This document shows positions 21,461 to 34,755 of a stretch of 64,000 nt of DNA, in pieces; position 1 is the first letter of the stretch; every line of letters begins with the position of its first letter. Both the position numbers and the translations under genes were made by a program. Source of the DNA: Podarcis muralis (Eukaryota); NCBI RefSeq assembly GCF_964188315.1, contig NC_135659.1, positions 30,256,001 through 30,320,000 on the forward strand, given 5' to 3'. Under the pieces are notes generated by a model. It saw only the letters and a list, made by a program, of their open reading frames with translations, searched no databases and was not told the DNA's origin.

Positions 21461-23695
21461 CCAATCCTTTGAATTGTGCTCAGAAATGTACTGGGAGCTT
21501 CTAGATCTTTCTTGTTTTCCGATTCCGACTCGTATTTAAACAAGCTGCTCAGAATTAAATACGATGCTTCTCCTTCTTCCTCCTTTCAACATGCCCACTA
21601 CTCAAACCGTACCATTGTGTTATTCCATTAGGCAGGCAATATTTCATATTTTTCATTTCTGAGAAGGGAGAAGAAGTACTGACTGAAGCATTCAAGGGTC
21701 CTCCTCAAGTTTTTCCTCTCTTTTTATGTAGGGGATTAAACCTCAGGTCTTATTCACATCATACCTGGGGCTCTTTGCAGAGAGGTAGGGATCAGTCTAT
21801 GATCCGGCAAGATTACATATTAAGGAGGAATTCTTGGGTGTTTCTTTTCAGATCCATGCCCGCTGAACTTTTATTCCAGGCATCACACTTTCTGATTGGA
21901 TAGACAGCCTGAGGTTTGATTGGTTTTTTAAAGTCTGGACTGGGGCATTAACAGGACTCCAATTACCAGCTGGCAACTTTTATCGCATACCAGTGCCATT
22001 GATTTTCATATTAATATGCCCTATTTTCCCACCAGCCCGCCAGTTAATGGAAGCTTACCAACACATCCTCCCCCTGCCCAAATTAGGAGTGATTTCAAAG
22101 AGACACACAGAAATGGCTTAGGTACTAATTGCATCCCCTAACATTACAGTGATGATTATGAGCAACCCTATTAGTGACCAGCTGCTGAGTTTAAACTAAA
22201 ATCAATCCCAAGCGAAGGTCTGCCTTCTTTTGCTTTGCTTACAGAGCCGATGGGCCTGGATTTCTTGATTATCAAAGAAAGGACATGCAAAAAGTGCAAA
22301 CTATTTCTGGAAGGGTGTTGCTAGGACACTTGCAGCAATTTGCAGAGTTCAAAAAGCAATCATTCTGCACTCCCTCCCGGCTTCTCCTTCACGATTCTTT
22401 CATTTACTGCCAAACATTTTTAAAACAAGCACATTAAATCTTAAGGCAGAATTGTAGGCTACAGCTAATTAAGACAAAGCTCAGGATATTAACCGGGGGG
22501 TACTCTCTCTCAATAAGAAAAGGATTATGTTAGTATAAGAAATTATGTTAGTATAGGCGCATTAGTAGAAGATATCATCTCCCTGAAAAAAAGTGTCCAG
22601 ATGTGTGAATATTGCAGTGGAGTCAAATCTTTGGCCTTGTTCCTTTGACAAGTTATTGACTCTTCCGATTGTTTGTTTGGCAATTCCTAAGACACACCAA
22701 AGATGGATGAATAGGTTTTGATACAACAGTTAACTGAAACTGTTATTATCTTTCAAGATTCAGGAGAATGTTATGAAAAAGAAGAATGGAAATATTAGAA
22801 AAGGGTGACTTACTTCGCAGCTTTCCAGATAAAAAAAAATCACAATTGATTTGTTAACATGAATTCAAAATATCACATCAATAGATATTCTAGATCCATG
22901 CTCATAAGCATGATCAAGGTTTTTGTTTTGTTTAGTAAGGTTCAAGGGATAGATATCTCTAAAATATAATGATCTGGCTCTAAAAGAGACATTGAGATTT
23001 TGGAATTTTTTAAAAATATGTCCATGGGATAGTTCTTTATAAGCAAAGAGGCCTTCTTCTTTTTTGGGGTGGGGAATACAAATCTGTTAACTCCTGAATA
23101 TCAGGTGGCTTTCTTTCATTTTTCATAATTATTATTTATGTATCATATGGAATGCATGACATATATAATAAGCAGTGGTGTACATACCTCTGGTACCTTG
23201 AATAAGACTGAGAATAGAGAACAGATTCAAAGAAGCATTTTCAAGGACTCAAGCTGAGAGCAGAGAAACATGGTGCATTCACAGTTAAATCACTGGCCTA
23301 GGTTGTGCATGGCTAGAAGGCAGGCTTGGATTGTATGAATTGCATCAAAAATGCATTCAAGATATTGCATCAAGATTACTTAGTAAGAAGACTAGGGATG
23401 CCTGCCTAAGAGAGAGAAAAGAAACAGCTTACCATCTAAAAAGTGCCAACAAGGCGTAAACCCTCAGGCCACCCTGTTCTCTACAGCATTGCTCTGAATG
23501 GTTTGGAGGCTGTAAGTGTTTGATTGTTTCCAGATTCTTGTTGAAGAATTTACAATCAATCCATCTATACAATACACTCAAGTTTAATACATTGAGCCGT
23601 TGGCTATTCATTCTACTCAAAATTACTTCTGGCTAATGGAGGTCAAGAGGCTATTTAACACTTTATTCTGTTATAGTGGCATTCATGATTTAGAG

Positions 23696-23831
23696 CAGGC
23701 ATAGGCAAACTCAGCCCTCCAGAGGTTTTGGGACTACAAGTCCCATCATCCCTGACCACTGGTCCTGTTAGCTAGGGATGATGGGAGTTGTAGTCCCAAA
23801 ACCTCTGGAGGGCTGAGTTTGCCTATGCCTG
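23696..23831. mobile_element. hAT-superfamily palindromic MITE
   Basis: 58-bp inverted arms (1 mismatch) around a 20-nt loop. Perfect 8-bp TSD atttagag at 23688-23695 and 23832-23839. Confidence 0.92.
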
Positions 23832-26800
23832 ATTTAGAGTTTGCTTTGTCTCAGGTCATGGGATCATTAGAGCTGTCTAAATGTTATTTTTTATCACATG
23901 AAACTCATTTGAAATGTTCTCACACACTGCTCTAATGTATGTAACTACTAACCAGTTAGTTCCTCCACACCATGTGGAAAGTTTCTATACCAGAGCTGCA
24001 CTTTTCTGGTTGTAGTTCTGTGTGACAACTGTAAATCATATTCATTGGAAGTGCCAGGTTGGTTCACATAGCCATTTCTTTGTGATAAGTCACATTTATT
24101 CAAACTTTTCAAATCGTCAAGATTAAAATTAAGTATTTGAATCTTCAACATTTGCTTTGGAAGTTAAGTTTTGAAATACACAGTTAAAAGCTAGAACAGC
24201 AAGATGTTGTGATTTGTAAACAAGATTCTGAAATATCAACTTGCTGGTTTCAATATATTTATACCTTCTTCTAAATTCAAAAATAGCCATAGTTCAAAAG
24301 ATTAAAAAAGAAATAAGTTAGAATACAGATTTCAATTTCTTGGGCAAGCGATTGAAGTTAAGATTTCCCCCCCTTGAGAATTCTCTCAACTCTTCTATAG
24401 TTTCATCTGTAATCGTGTGCTTTCCTTTCTAAGAGGTTTTGAAGCGGCAAACTGGTCCTGTTCTTGTCTATGAGGACATACAAAAATGACTATAGCCCTA
24501 TTCAGCAGTTATCCTCCAATCATTCCAAGAAACCCTGTTCCTGCCAGCTTCACCTCCAGACCACTGGACAGAAGGTCTGAATTAAGAATCTATGCACATC
24601 TTGTGGAAGGTGTCTTGGAGATGTCCTCCATGGGGCTGGGAGTGCTGCCTTTGAGCTTGGGTGCTTAGCTAAAGGTGCATAGCTTCTCCACTTGGGGGTG
24701 TGTGTGTGTGTAAAGATCTGGGGGGGTGGGGGGTGGAGCCAGTGATGGAATGGGGCATTGGGGATGGAGTAATACCATATGGCCTTGCTCACTCCTCCAC
24801 ACACAGGGCTTATTTGAATCTCCAGCAGAGAATTCAGGTAGCCTCTTTACTGTAGCCTAAAGAAAATGCTTTGTGACACCCTTGATGGTTTGGAGGGACA
24901 TATGCTCAGGCACCTGTGGATCAGCATAATCAAATCCTATGGGTTTGCTGCGGATATAATCTTGGTCTGGCACCGGCATCTGGAATAGTGGGGCTTCAGG
25001 CCTACTTGGCCTACCTGTATTGACGCAGTGTTGCTGGCCAGCACATGAGCACAGATTGGCAGCTCTGTTTGGTGTTACCATACAGTTCAGTTCAGTGGCA
25101 GAGGTGGCTGCATAGGAGCCAGTGCAGTGGCTGGGTCTCCTTTTCAGATTCCCCGAAACCCGGAGTCAGGACAGGACTGATCTGATATTATCACAATGAT
25201 CTTCCATAAATCTGGAAGTCATGGCTCCATTGGCTTGGCTGTTCTGACGTTTCCTGGTTAGGCAGAATCTGCGTGATGAGGATGGAGAAGAAGAAGACTG
25301 GATTTGAGTTCTGAGTTTTGGGAACGACGTCTGGTTCATGAAACTTGATGACAATGATCTGTGGTCCTGGACCCTTCAAACAACCTTCTGTGGCCACAGC
25401 CTGAGTGTTTGGGAGCCTTTCAACGAAAGCAGATGGATGACACCTGTTATTTAGGTATATGGCATGAATGAAAGGAGGGCTGAAATTCTGATATGTGTAT
25501 GTATATGAAGAGTTGGAGAGAGAGAGAGGGAGAGAGAGAGTCATTTTGCAAGCAATCTCCTGCCTTTTCATTTACATGACACACATTAACCGCAACACAG
25601 GAGTTCCAAGAGAATTGTCTTGTTCCCTTGTCTCCAGGAACCCATGTAGGGCTCTTTAATTGCCACATTTTCAAACCGATATAATGGTAGGGATGTCTTG
25701 GTAATTACCTTAATGAGATAACACCTTTCCTTCCCTCAACCTACTCATTATCACGCTTCTTGTTCAGATTCCAGCTACAAAGAGCTATACTTGTAAGGGG
25801 GAGAAAAAGAGAAGACGACGATTTGGAGGGTGGTGGTGGGGGGGGAAGAGTTTGAAACTTGGTTTTGGCCTCCCCCCTCTTAATCTAATTGCATATATCT
25901 TTCCAATGTGAAGTGAGGAAGGGGAAAGAGACAGCCACCCCCATCGAATCAAAGAAATGTTTGAAAGGAGTAAACCTAAACATCTGGGCACCCTTAATTA
26001 TTCGTGGTTGGCTTCCTTAGTCTGACCTGTAGTGATGCTAAGGTGCCAAAGTGATGAATTTTAAGATGTTGGGCTGTGAAGACGCGCAGCTGCAACACTG
26101 ATGGATTTACGAAGGGATGGTAACAAGGTTAGCGGCATGTGAAGTGTGAATTAAGATTTTTGCAAAGAGACTGTGATTGCAGATGGGCGTAATGTTGTAC
26201 CCTTCCATGAAATCTTGCTATTACCGGAGAATGGTCAGACAGGGTGTGAAATGACTTATTACTTTACTTTTGTTCTTTAATGAAGTTGGCTGCTGTTGAA
26301 GAGGAGCGGTAGGTAAGATGATGGTAGGAGTGCTTTGAAACTAAATGGTAAGCAACCCTAGATTAAATATTGAGTTAGCCTTTAATTTTTATTACCAACT
26401 TACCACCCTTTCTCAAGTCGGAATATAGACGTCTGTCAATCTATCTCGCCAACCAAGCATAATATCTGACAACACAAATATCTGACAACACACTCCCTCC
26501 CCCATATTAAAAATGGAGGCACTGCTCTTCTTTACACTTCTAATGGTAAACTTTGGGGGTTGTGAGGGTCAGAACTGCTTGTTCTCCAGCAGAGAGCAAC
26601 TGGAAGGCGGCAAAACCAAAGCATTAAATCTCGCAGAAATGCAGTGGGGCCCCCTTCTCTGCGAAAGGCCTTGGGTTATTTAGTTTAACATTTTCTCATG
26701 GCACCCTGAGTGCTACAATTTGGGAATTGCCAGTCTCTCACTTGTGGCTATCTTTCATTGCACTTAGGCTCTGTCCGTGTCTCCAAGAACAAGTTATTGA

Positions 26801-27713
26801 ATGTGCTCCGCTACCTGCCGATTTGCACAAAAACGATGGCACACGTCTTGCTAAATATCGGGGACCTTTTCACTCATTGCATTTATTTGCATGTAGATTT
26901 TAGATAGTAATAGAATTCCACAGAGCTGCAAGAGTTCATTGATCTGCCGAATATCTCCAGGCCATTATGTGTTTATATCTATCTCTGTATCCATCACAGA
27001 GAGAAGGAGGGAGGGAGGGGGGAAGAGAGCGAGCAATCTGGGGCAGGTTGTCTGCTTAGCATACATTTATCACTTATTTTGCACATGGGCATGTTGAAGC
27101 ACTACTTATCACCGTTTACGATTCAATCAGATAACCTACCCTAATTTTTTATGAATATGCACAGCAAGGCAAAAAAGGAAACGGGATGAGTCCCTCAGGA
27201 TCCCATCATGGACATGGAGAGTCCCCAGCCTACCAGCCTCAGGATGCCACCGCTCAGAACTGCATGACAAATTCATTTTCTGCCTCTGCAGTTGAGAGAG
27301 TCTTTCATGAGAGGATGTCCCTTATTTATATCATATAATATGCTTAATAAATTATAGATGACGCTGTGCCTAAGTGATTGAACCACACACATCCAAATTA
27401 ATTTTTTTTTGAGTGGGGAGGGGGAAATCTCAGCACCCATACAACACCTGAATTATTTCATGAAATCACAACCACGAACCAATTTGAGTGAGATGGTACA
27501 CAGGCTTGGATCTAAAATCTATTTGACTGGGATTTTACCTATGGCAATCCCCATAGGTAGATCAATTCCCCCCTTCCCTTCACACCCGTCTCGTACCACC
27601 CCAAAATCTGCTCTGAAGGGTGAGGAGACACTCTGGGAAGAGAAGATCCAATGAAGAATAACACTGTGTGTATAAACGAAGAGAGAATCCGATATAACAA
27701 TAGTTCTAGTTAT

Positions 27714-27872
27714 CAGGAGTGTCAACTTGGCCCTGTGACCATGGGTGCCCAGGGCCATGGGTGCCATGCAGCGTGCATGGCCCTGGCCCTGAAATTTGTG
27801 GGTGCCCAACCAATTCATGGGGAATTTTGTGGGTGCTCGGGCACCTAGGGCCCCAGGAAGTTAGCACCTATG
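27714..27872. mobile_element. Degenerate hAT-like MITE
   Basis: Imperfect TIRs (caggagtgtcaactt and reverse complement cataggtgctaactt), with a 6/8-matching flank pair ctagttat/ctcattat. Confidence 0.4.
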
Positions 27873-29309
27873 CTCATTATGGCATTATACAGCACCCAGC
27901 TGCAAACTTAATAGTCATTTTAAGGACTGTGGGCCCAATTGGCTTAAAGTGAAGCACTTCCCAGTCTGCTTGAATTTCATGGGCAAGAGAGGCCTACGCC
28001 TATTACAGCTTACTTCTCAGTAGTCATGTATAGAATTGAACTGTACATTTTTTCTGTACTGACTCAATAGGGCTCAAAAGGGCTCGGACTGGATTGTGCC
28101 CTCTGGGTGGGAGCATAATTATAAACAAGGAAATGGGCCTGTCTATGAGACATGCATGCCAGAGGCACAAATCCTTTTGCTTTTTTTAAAAAGTGCATTG
28201 CACTTTTGCAAGGTTGAATATATCCAAGAGTACATCCATTGAACCTTGCCGAATACCTTCTCTGTCCTTCTCCAAAACATTATTTGCTTGTGTGGATCCC
28301 TGCCCAGGAGATGTAGGTTGGCTGTTCTACACAGGGCAATGAGAAATGTCTGCATGGCAGACCTTAGACCTGATTGGATATTTTCTGAGTATTTCTTCAG
28401 CGCTTCCTTCTTAGAACCCAACTTCTTTCTTCTTCTTTTTTTGGTAGCAGAAAAACATGTGAAAGGCTGGCTCTTTTTGGTGTTAATAATAACAAAATAA
28501 GGTGATACATTTGGTGGGATAGATAAACTAACATGTAAATACTACCCCCCACCACTATATACAAGAAAGGTGATGAGATACTCGACAGAGATGGAATTCT
28601 GTGCATTTTAGTGCCTACCCAGATGGAAGGAGCTTATCCCATTGACTGCAGAGGAGCACAGTATTATTAGAAGATGAATCACATTTGATTCCCAATTGCT
28701 TTTGCATTATTATTGGCCTAACAATGTGATCACAGAGAAGCTGCAATTTACTCAGGTCTCAATGCAGAGGTCTAACCACCAGACAGTTAAAGCCACTAAT
28801 TTTGATCAGGGCTCAAGAAGACCTTCCTGTATTCGGTATAATAAATACCTACACATGAGCCCCATAAGTCTGTCATTATTTATCTGTAGAGCCTCCACTG
28901 GGAATATTTGGACATTATGCAATTGCAACCCATCAACACCAAGGTCAATTCAAACAATTGGCCAAGGTGACTTTTTATCGGCTTATCTACTGATAGTCTC
29001 CTTTCCATCGCAGGATAGAAGCATTAACATGATATGAAAGCACTGTATTTGGTAACTGATGATAAACTGATCTACGTGGTCAAGATAATCCTTCTTCATG
29101 AGCAGCAATGGAGGAAAAGGGCATAGGCATTATCTTACCCATAATGCATACTTGGGGGTTCCAGTGGACAACTGTGTCAATTCATTCATTTAAACAACTC
29201 TGAGTGCAAATCTCACATCTTTGCATGGTGAAGGATAGCCGCCTGCCCATTTGATTCACATTTATTGTTTTACTGGGGAATCTGTTACCATTAAATATTT
29301 ACAGCGAAC

Positions 29310-29490
29310 CATGAGCTGGACTCGGAGAGGTCAAGATTATAATTGTTGCTGGATCACTTTAGGCCAGAACTCACCCTCAGCCTCGCATACTTCACAGGGT
29401 TGTGGTGAAGATAAAATGAGACAATTTCATGCACATTATCTGGAGTTCTTTGGGGGAAGGGTGAATTCAAATATAACTAAAATAATAATA
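29310..29490 (+). mobile_element. Old MIR/CORE-type SINE remnant
   Basis: CORE-like cacagggttgtggtgaagataaaatgaga segment and A/T-rich tail. Confidence 0.5.
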
Positions 29491-29496
29491 AAATTG

Positions 29497-29882
29497 GTTA
29501 GTGCTGACCTTTAAAGCCCTAAACATCTTCAGCCCTGTATACCTGGAGGAGGGTCTCCACCCCCATCGTTCAACCCGGACACTGAGATCCAGCCCCTAGG
29601 GCCTTCTGGCGGTTCCCTCATTGCGAGAAGTGAGGCTACGGGGAACCAGGCAGAGGGCCTTCTCAGTAGTGGTGCCCGCCCTGTGGGACGCCCTCCCGTC
29701 AGATGTCAAGGAAATAAACAACTATCTGACTTTTAGAAGAAATCTGAAGGCAGCCCTGTATAGGGATGTTTTACTGTGCTTAATGTTTTAATTGGTTGGA
29801 AGCTGCCCAGAGCGGCTGGGGCAAGCCAGTCAGATGGGCGTCATATAAATAATAAATTGTTATTTATTATTATTATAATCAT
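29497..29882 (+). mobile_element. L2-type LINE 3' fragment
   Basis: Contains cagagggccttctcagtagtgg...tgtgggacgccctccc...ttttagaagaaatctgaaggcagccctg and a (TAT)n tail. Reverse-complement homologue of 42443-42770. Confidence 0.7.
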
Positions 29883-31020
29883 CAGTAAGAGAGCAGGTTT
29901 TCTCCTAAAGTCGCCTTTCCAATACAAATGGCACGATTCCTCCCCCAACAGGTGCTTAGAAATTCAGAAGATAATATTTGCATAAACTATCCTGACTCAA
30001 GACATGCAAACAAACCGACGCCATGCAAATATCTTTGTGTTTTGCCTCTACTCACAGTAGCCTAGAGTTCTGCCTTTGGATTTCCTTGTAGCCTGCCTGC
30101 CTGCCTGCCTTTTGCCTTGGGCTGTTGGCCTACTTGGGAGGCTTCCTTTGTATCTGGCAAAAGCGCTGGTGCGAATGCAATGCAAAGTGTGAGCAGCAAA
30201 TCTATGCTTCTTCCATGGAGACTAAGCTCATTATCTTGCAGTCTTCTAAAACATGCCTAACCTCACCAATCCAGAGCAGCGCCGGATCCCAAATCTGCCG
30301 AAGAGCATGGACACCCCAATTAGCACTTACAATGTACTGTTGACATTTCCCGAGGTTGGCCCAACAGGAATAATTAGTTCTGATATATAACATGAAATCA
30401 TTTTTTTAAAAAAAACAAAAAGCAGCAGGAATGTTTGGGTGAAAGCCAAGACTGGTCGCGCACCTGCTAATACGGTACCTTATTCTGCTCTCGTATTGGC
30501 TCGTCCTAGGCATAATATTGCTGATGACCTCGAGATTTGTGTCGTAGGACTGAGAAGAGGGAAGGGTAAAATCCGGGGATTCAGGGTGGTTGGGCATCAT
30601 TCCTGTGACAGAGGATGGTAAGATTGCTTCAGCCTTTAGGACACACTGCACATACTTCTAGGCAGGATGAGAGAGAGATGAAAAATGGTGCTTCCATTCT
30701 TTAAAGCAGGACTGGCTAAACTGTTGCAGCCTGAGTGCCACATTGCTGGTTCAACTGGCTGCCAAGGAACACACTTCAGAAGTGCCCCCCCCCCACAGAG
30801 GCAGACCCCACCTATTCTTCTGCCTACCAGAAAAAGAACTGGTTCTTCATCTCTCACCCACATAGCAGCACTGGGGCAGAAGAAGAGAAAGTTCTCCTCT
30901 TAGCCCTTCATGGCTGGGGAAAGGGGAAGAACAGCATAACTCTGTTGGTCCCAAGAGGAATGCTGGTCTAGGTGGCCAGGAGCAGTAGTATTTCCCCCTT
31001 CCTATGATGAAGAAGAGTGG

Positions 31021-31267
31021 AAGAAGAGGAGTTTGGATTTGATATCCCGCTTTATCACTACCCGAAGGAGTCTCAAAGCGGCTAACATTCTCCTTTCCCT
31101 TCCTCCCCCACAACAAACACTCTGTGAGGTGAGTAAGGCTGAGAGACTTCAGAGAAGTGTGACTGGCCCAAGGTCACCCAGCAGCTGCATGTGGAGGAGC
31201 GGGGAATCAAACCCGGTTCACCAGATTACGAGTCCACCGCTCTTAACCACTACACCACACTGGCTCT
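31021..31267 (-). mobile_element. MIR/Ther1-derived SINE (Squam3-type), young copy
   Basis: Reverse strand reads agagccagtgtggtgtagtggttaagagc (tRNA head), then the gctgggtgaccttgggccagtcac CORE and a (TTC)n tail. Near-identical to 39720-39973. Confidence 0.85.
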
Positions 31268-33074
31268 CATGATGGTGCTGGAGAAGAGGAAGAGGAACTT
31301 CTCTTCCCCCTCCACTGGGCAAAAACATCTTCAGGATTCCTCTCTCACATTACAGAAGACTCTCTGTGGTGGCTCATTTCACCTCTCCCTCTGCTACCAA
31401 TCGGTGCCCCTATCATCCGAAAAATAGGAGGTCACTTTACAGGCCCCAGCCAGTCCCCGGCACTGGGAAAGTCACTTGAGCATGCCAACTGCTGCCTGCC
31501 TGCAGTACCTCCTTCTGGCCACCAGTGCTGGTGGCGCCCAAGAGCAGCTGATGAAAACATGAGGCAGTGGCAGCAGCTGTATGAGCTCTGTCTACTGGCA
31601 AACCTCTACAGAGGCATTGCTAAAGTGCCAGAGCCCCAGCTTTGAGATTTGCACCATTTTGAAACGCTGCAATCCTATTGCCCCGGAACAAAATGCTTTT
31701 CAAGCAACCATAGGGAATCATCTTTGGCGCAGAGCCTGTTCCTTCTTGTCTTTTATTGTGCTTCAAATCTGGAATGAGGATGGCAGAGAGAAACTCAAAT
31801 GATAATTTCCATGTTGCAGAGATCACGTGGAGATTTTCCTTTGTAGTTCACTAAGCTTCCACTCTTCGATGTTTGGAGAATTAAAGCATACAAATAGAAG
31901 AGATCTGCAAAAAACCCCCCAAAACACACCGTTGTCTGGTATTATTTATGTATTATTATTCTTGTTAGATGAGACGCATAAATATGAAGAATTAGATAAG
32001 ACTGAGGCAGTACAATAAATTATAATGGAGAGATGTAATAAATCTAACATGAGAATAAAAGTATAATGAGAACATGCTTTCTTCCTACATAAATACAAAT
32101 CCTGTCTGTGTTCTAAAACCCAATTAATTGGAGAGCTGCTACAGGAGAAAATCTTTAAAGGCGCTAAAGAAATCTCTTTCTGCTCAGGGATGACATACAC
32201 AAATATCTCACAGAAGATCCACTGAATGACCCCGTACATCTTATTTATGCTTATGTGGCACGGGGGTAGACCTCATTCAGAAAAGAATGGCAGGTCCATG
32301 AATACACCTGCTTGCAGTGCGATCATGTACATGCCTATTGAGAAGTGAAGCCCCATGTGTTCAATGGGGCTTACTCTCCCAGGTAAGCATTCATAGGATC
32401 TCAGTCCGAATCTCCAACCTTGCACCCAGCCACTCATTTGTACGCTGTCCCTGGTTTATAGTTCAACCACACCCCCATGGCAAGGGTACGAGACACAGGG
32501 CACCAGCTGGTTCTCCGGTGCGAAACAGATCTGAAACAAACGGTAGCCGCGCAATAGAAATAGGGCACAATATCTTGTGCTTCACCCACTGCAATGAACA
32601 GGAGGTGTGCACTACTCCTATTTGTTACAGTGGAGTTTATGCGGAAGTTCCCAGTGGATTGTGTCCTTTATAGTTTCTCACCAAGAGAAGATTTTCTTTG
32701 CTTTCTTGGCTAGAGAACAATGCAGAAACGAACCATAAATTAAGGCTGGCATATGTCCCGACATATCTGGGATTTGTCCATCGGAAATGGTGTATGGGTG
32801 GAATTTAATAAAAGCTCAAGAATGTTTGTGTCCAGATTTTCCTTTTTTTGAAATATGGCACCCCTACATTAATTAATTTTTAAGCTAATTACTAATAATA
32901 CTATTAACTGTTATTAATTACTGACGTATCTTCTACAGCAGATATACGTGCAATATTTATGCCGAACCATTCAATAAAAGGAAGTGCCACAAACCCGAGA
33001 AACCACATCAGGGAAGGTTTCAAGCTTTCTAGCTTAAAGATTCTAAATCACAGGTGAATTTTCTTATATTAAAG

Positions 33075-33135
33075 CATAGAATTATAGAGTTGGAAGGGAC
33101 TACCAGGGCCACCCAGCCCAGCCCCTTGCAATGCA
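33075..33135 (-). mobile_element. CR1-type 3' tail fragment
   Basis: Reverse complement of cccttccaactctataattctatg, the same tail as 50492-50820 and 55553-55700. A similar fragment lies at about 39361-39412. Confidence 0.6.
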
Positions 33136-33153
33136 GTCATCTTTTCTGCCCAA

Positions 33154-33843
33154 CAGTGCCAGATTTATGTACAGTGGTACCTCGGGTTACATACGCTTCA
33201 GGTTACAGATTCTGCTAACCCAGAAATATTACCTCGGGTTAAGAACTTTGCTTCAGGATGAGAACAGAAATCATGCTCCGGTGGCGTGGCAGCAGCAGGA
33301 GGCCCCATTAGCTAAAGTGGTGCTTCAGGTTAAGAACAGTTTCAGGTTAAGTACGGACCTCCGGAACGAATTAAGTACTTAACCCGAGGTACCACTGTAT
33401 AGGCTAAGTAGGCTGAAGCCTAGGGCCTCTAAATCTAGGGGGCCTCGCCAGCCCTCCCGCTCCCCAGCGGGCAGTCTCCCCATTCCCAAAATTGCAAACC
33501 TAAGGGCAGGGCAACTCAGGCCTCTAAATCTAGGGTGCCTCCCCAGCCTGCCCTCTCCCCAGTGCTGCAGTCTCCCCTCTCCCAAAACTGTAAACCCAAG
33601 ACTTCATGCAAGGACAGGGCAACTCAGGCCCAGCAACTATGAGACTCAGGTGGGGCCCAATTCGAAGCAGTGGGGCGCAACGAGAATTTTTTTTTGTAGG
33701 GCCCCAGTTCACAGCCAAAGTCTGCAAAATCTTATAGATATAAATAAAATCCATCTAGATTGCCCTGGTGTGGGGGGCCCCTTAGGAGCGGCCCATGGGG
33801 CCCAATTTGGTCCAGTTGCTCCAATTGCCTTAAGGTCAGCCCT
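33154..33843. mobile_element. GC-rich hAT-like non-autonomous element interrupted by the Tigger-like MITE
   Basis: Starts cagtgccagattta and ends tcagccctg (imperfect CAG(T/G)GC termini), with an internal ~95-bp tandem duplication. No matching 8-bp TSD, so it may be a composite. Confidence 0.4.
33172..33397. mobile_element. Tc1/mariner (Tigger/pogo-like) MITE
   Basis: Perfect 18-bp TIRs CAGTGGTACCTCGGGTTA with a TA duplication on both sides. Confidence 0.92.
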
Positions 33844-34389
33844 GATGAGACTGTGCAGGGGTTGGACTGACAAGCCCTGCACCTTCTGGTGTCACTATTC
33901 AGAGTACAGACTCAAGGACTTGTTTTCTAAATCCGGTCCTGATGCCCGATGTAGAGCTCAAACCCACGACCCTAAGATCAAGAGTCTCATGCTCTGCCGA
34001 CTGATCAATCTGTAAGCAGCAAACTTGAGAAGAGGGTTGATCATGGATCAATGAATCTCTTGCCCCCAATATGGTTTCCCATGCTTGTACTAGCCTAATA
34101 GTGATCACCATATAGCATGCTTGTCCTGTGCACTCTCTTTTTATTACATCCTTTCTGCATGTTAATAAAAACAAGAGTGAATCCAAGCTTATAGCGTATT
34201 CCCAAATTCCTTCCACAGGCATCCTTTTTTGTTTGTTTGTTCCAGTATCCATAGTTATTTCTTGGTACTTGAATATCCTAACATTTATTAGGGTGTCTTA
34301 CATAAACACCTCCTATGGCAGAAGATTTCATAAATGGGGCACCACCCAGGGGTTGATTTAGGCCTGTATGGGTGTTGCATGTGCACTAG

Positions 34390-34755
34390 GTAAAGAACTC
34401 GTGGACTAAGTCCAGTCAAAGGCAACTATGGGGTTGCGACGCTCATCTCGCTTTTCAGGTCGAGGGAGCCGGTGTTTGTCCGCAGACAGCTTTCTGGGTC
34501 ATGTGACCAGCATGACTAAACCACCTCTGGTACAATGGGAAAGAGTGCCAGAGTGCACGGAAACACCATTTACCTTCCCGCCGCAGCGGTACTTATTTAT
34601 CTACTTGCACTGGTGTGCTTTTGAACTGCTAGGTTGGAAGGAGCTGGGACAGAGCAGTGGGAGCTCACCCTGTCGCATGGATTTGAAGAGCCAACCTTTC
34701 GATCAGCAAGCCCAAGAGGCTCTGTGGTTTAGACCACAGCACTACCCATGTCCTT
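34390..34755 (-). mobile_element. Sauria SINE copy 2 (variant subfamily)
   Basis: Reverse-complement match to the other copies. TSD atgtgcactag (34379-34389) and atgcacactag (34756-34766) differ by opposite-strand decay of one CpG. Confidence 0.88.

Noticed and set aside
24872-25440. Possible LTR remnant (tgtgaca...atgaca)
   Set aside because: No matching TSD and no clear TATA/poly(A) order, so it cannot be supported.
33841-33900. CTGATGAG followed by a stem-loop, resembling a hammerhead
   Set aside because: No GAAA after the stem and no helix I or III pairing, so the core is incomplete.
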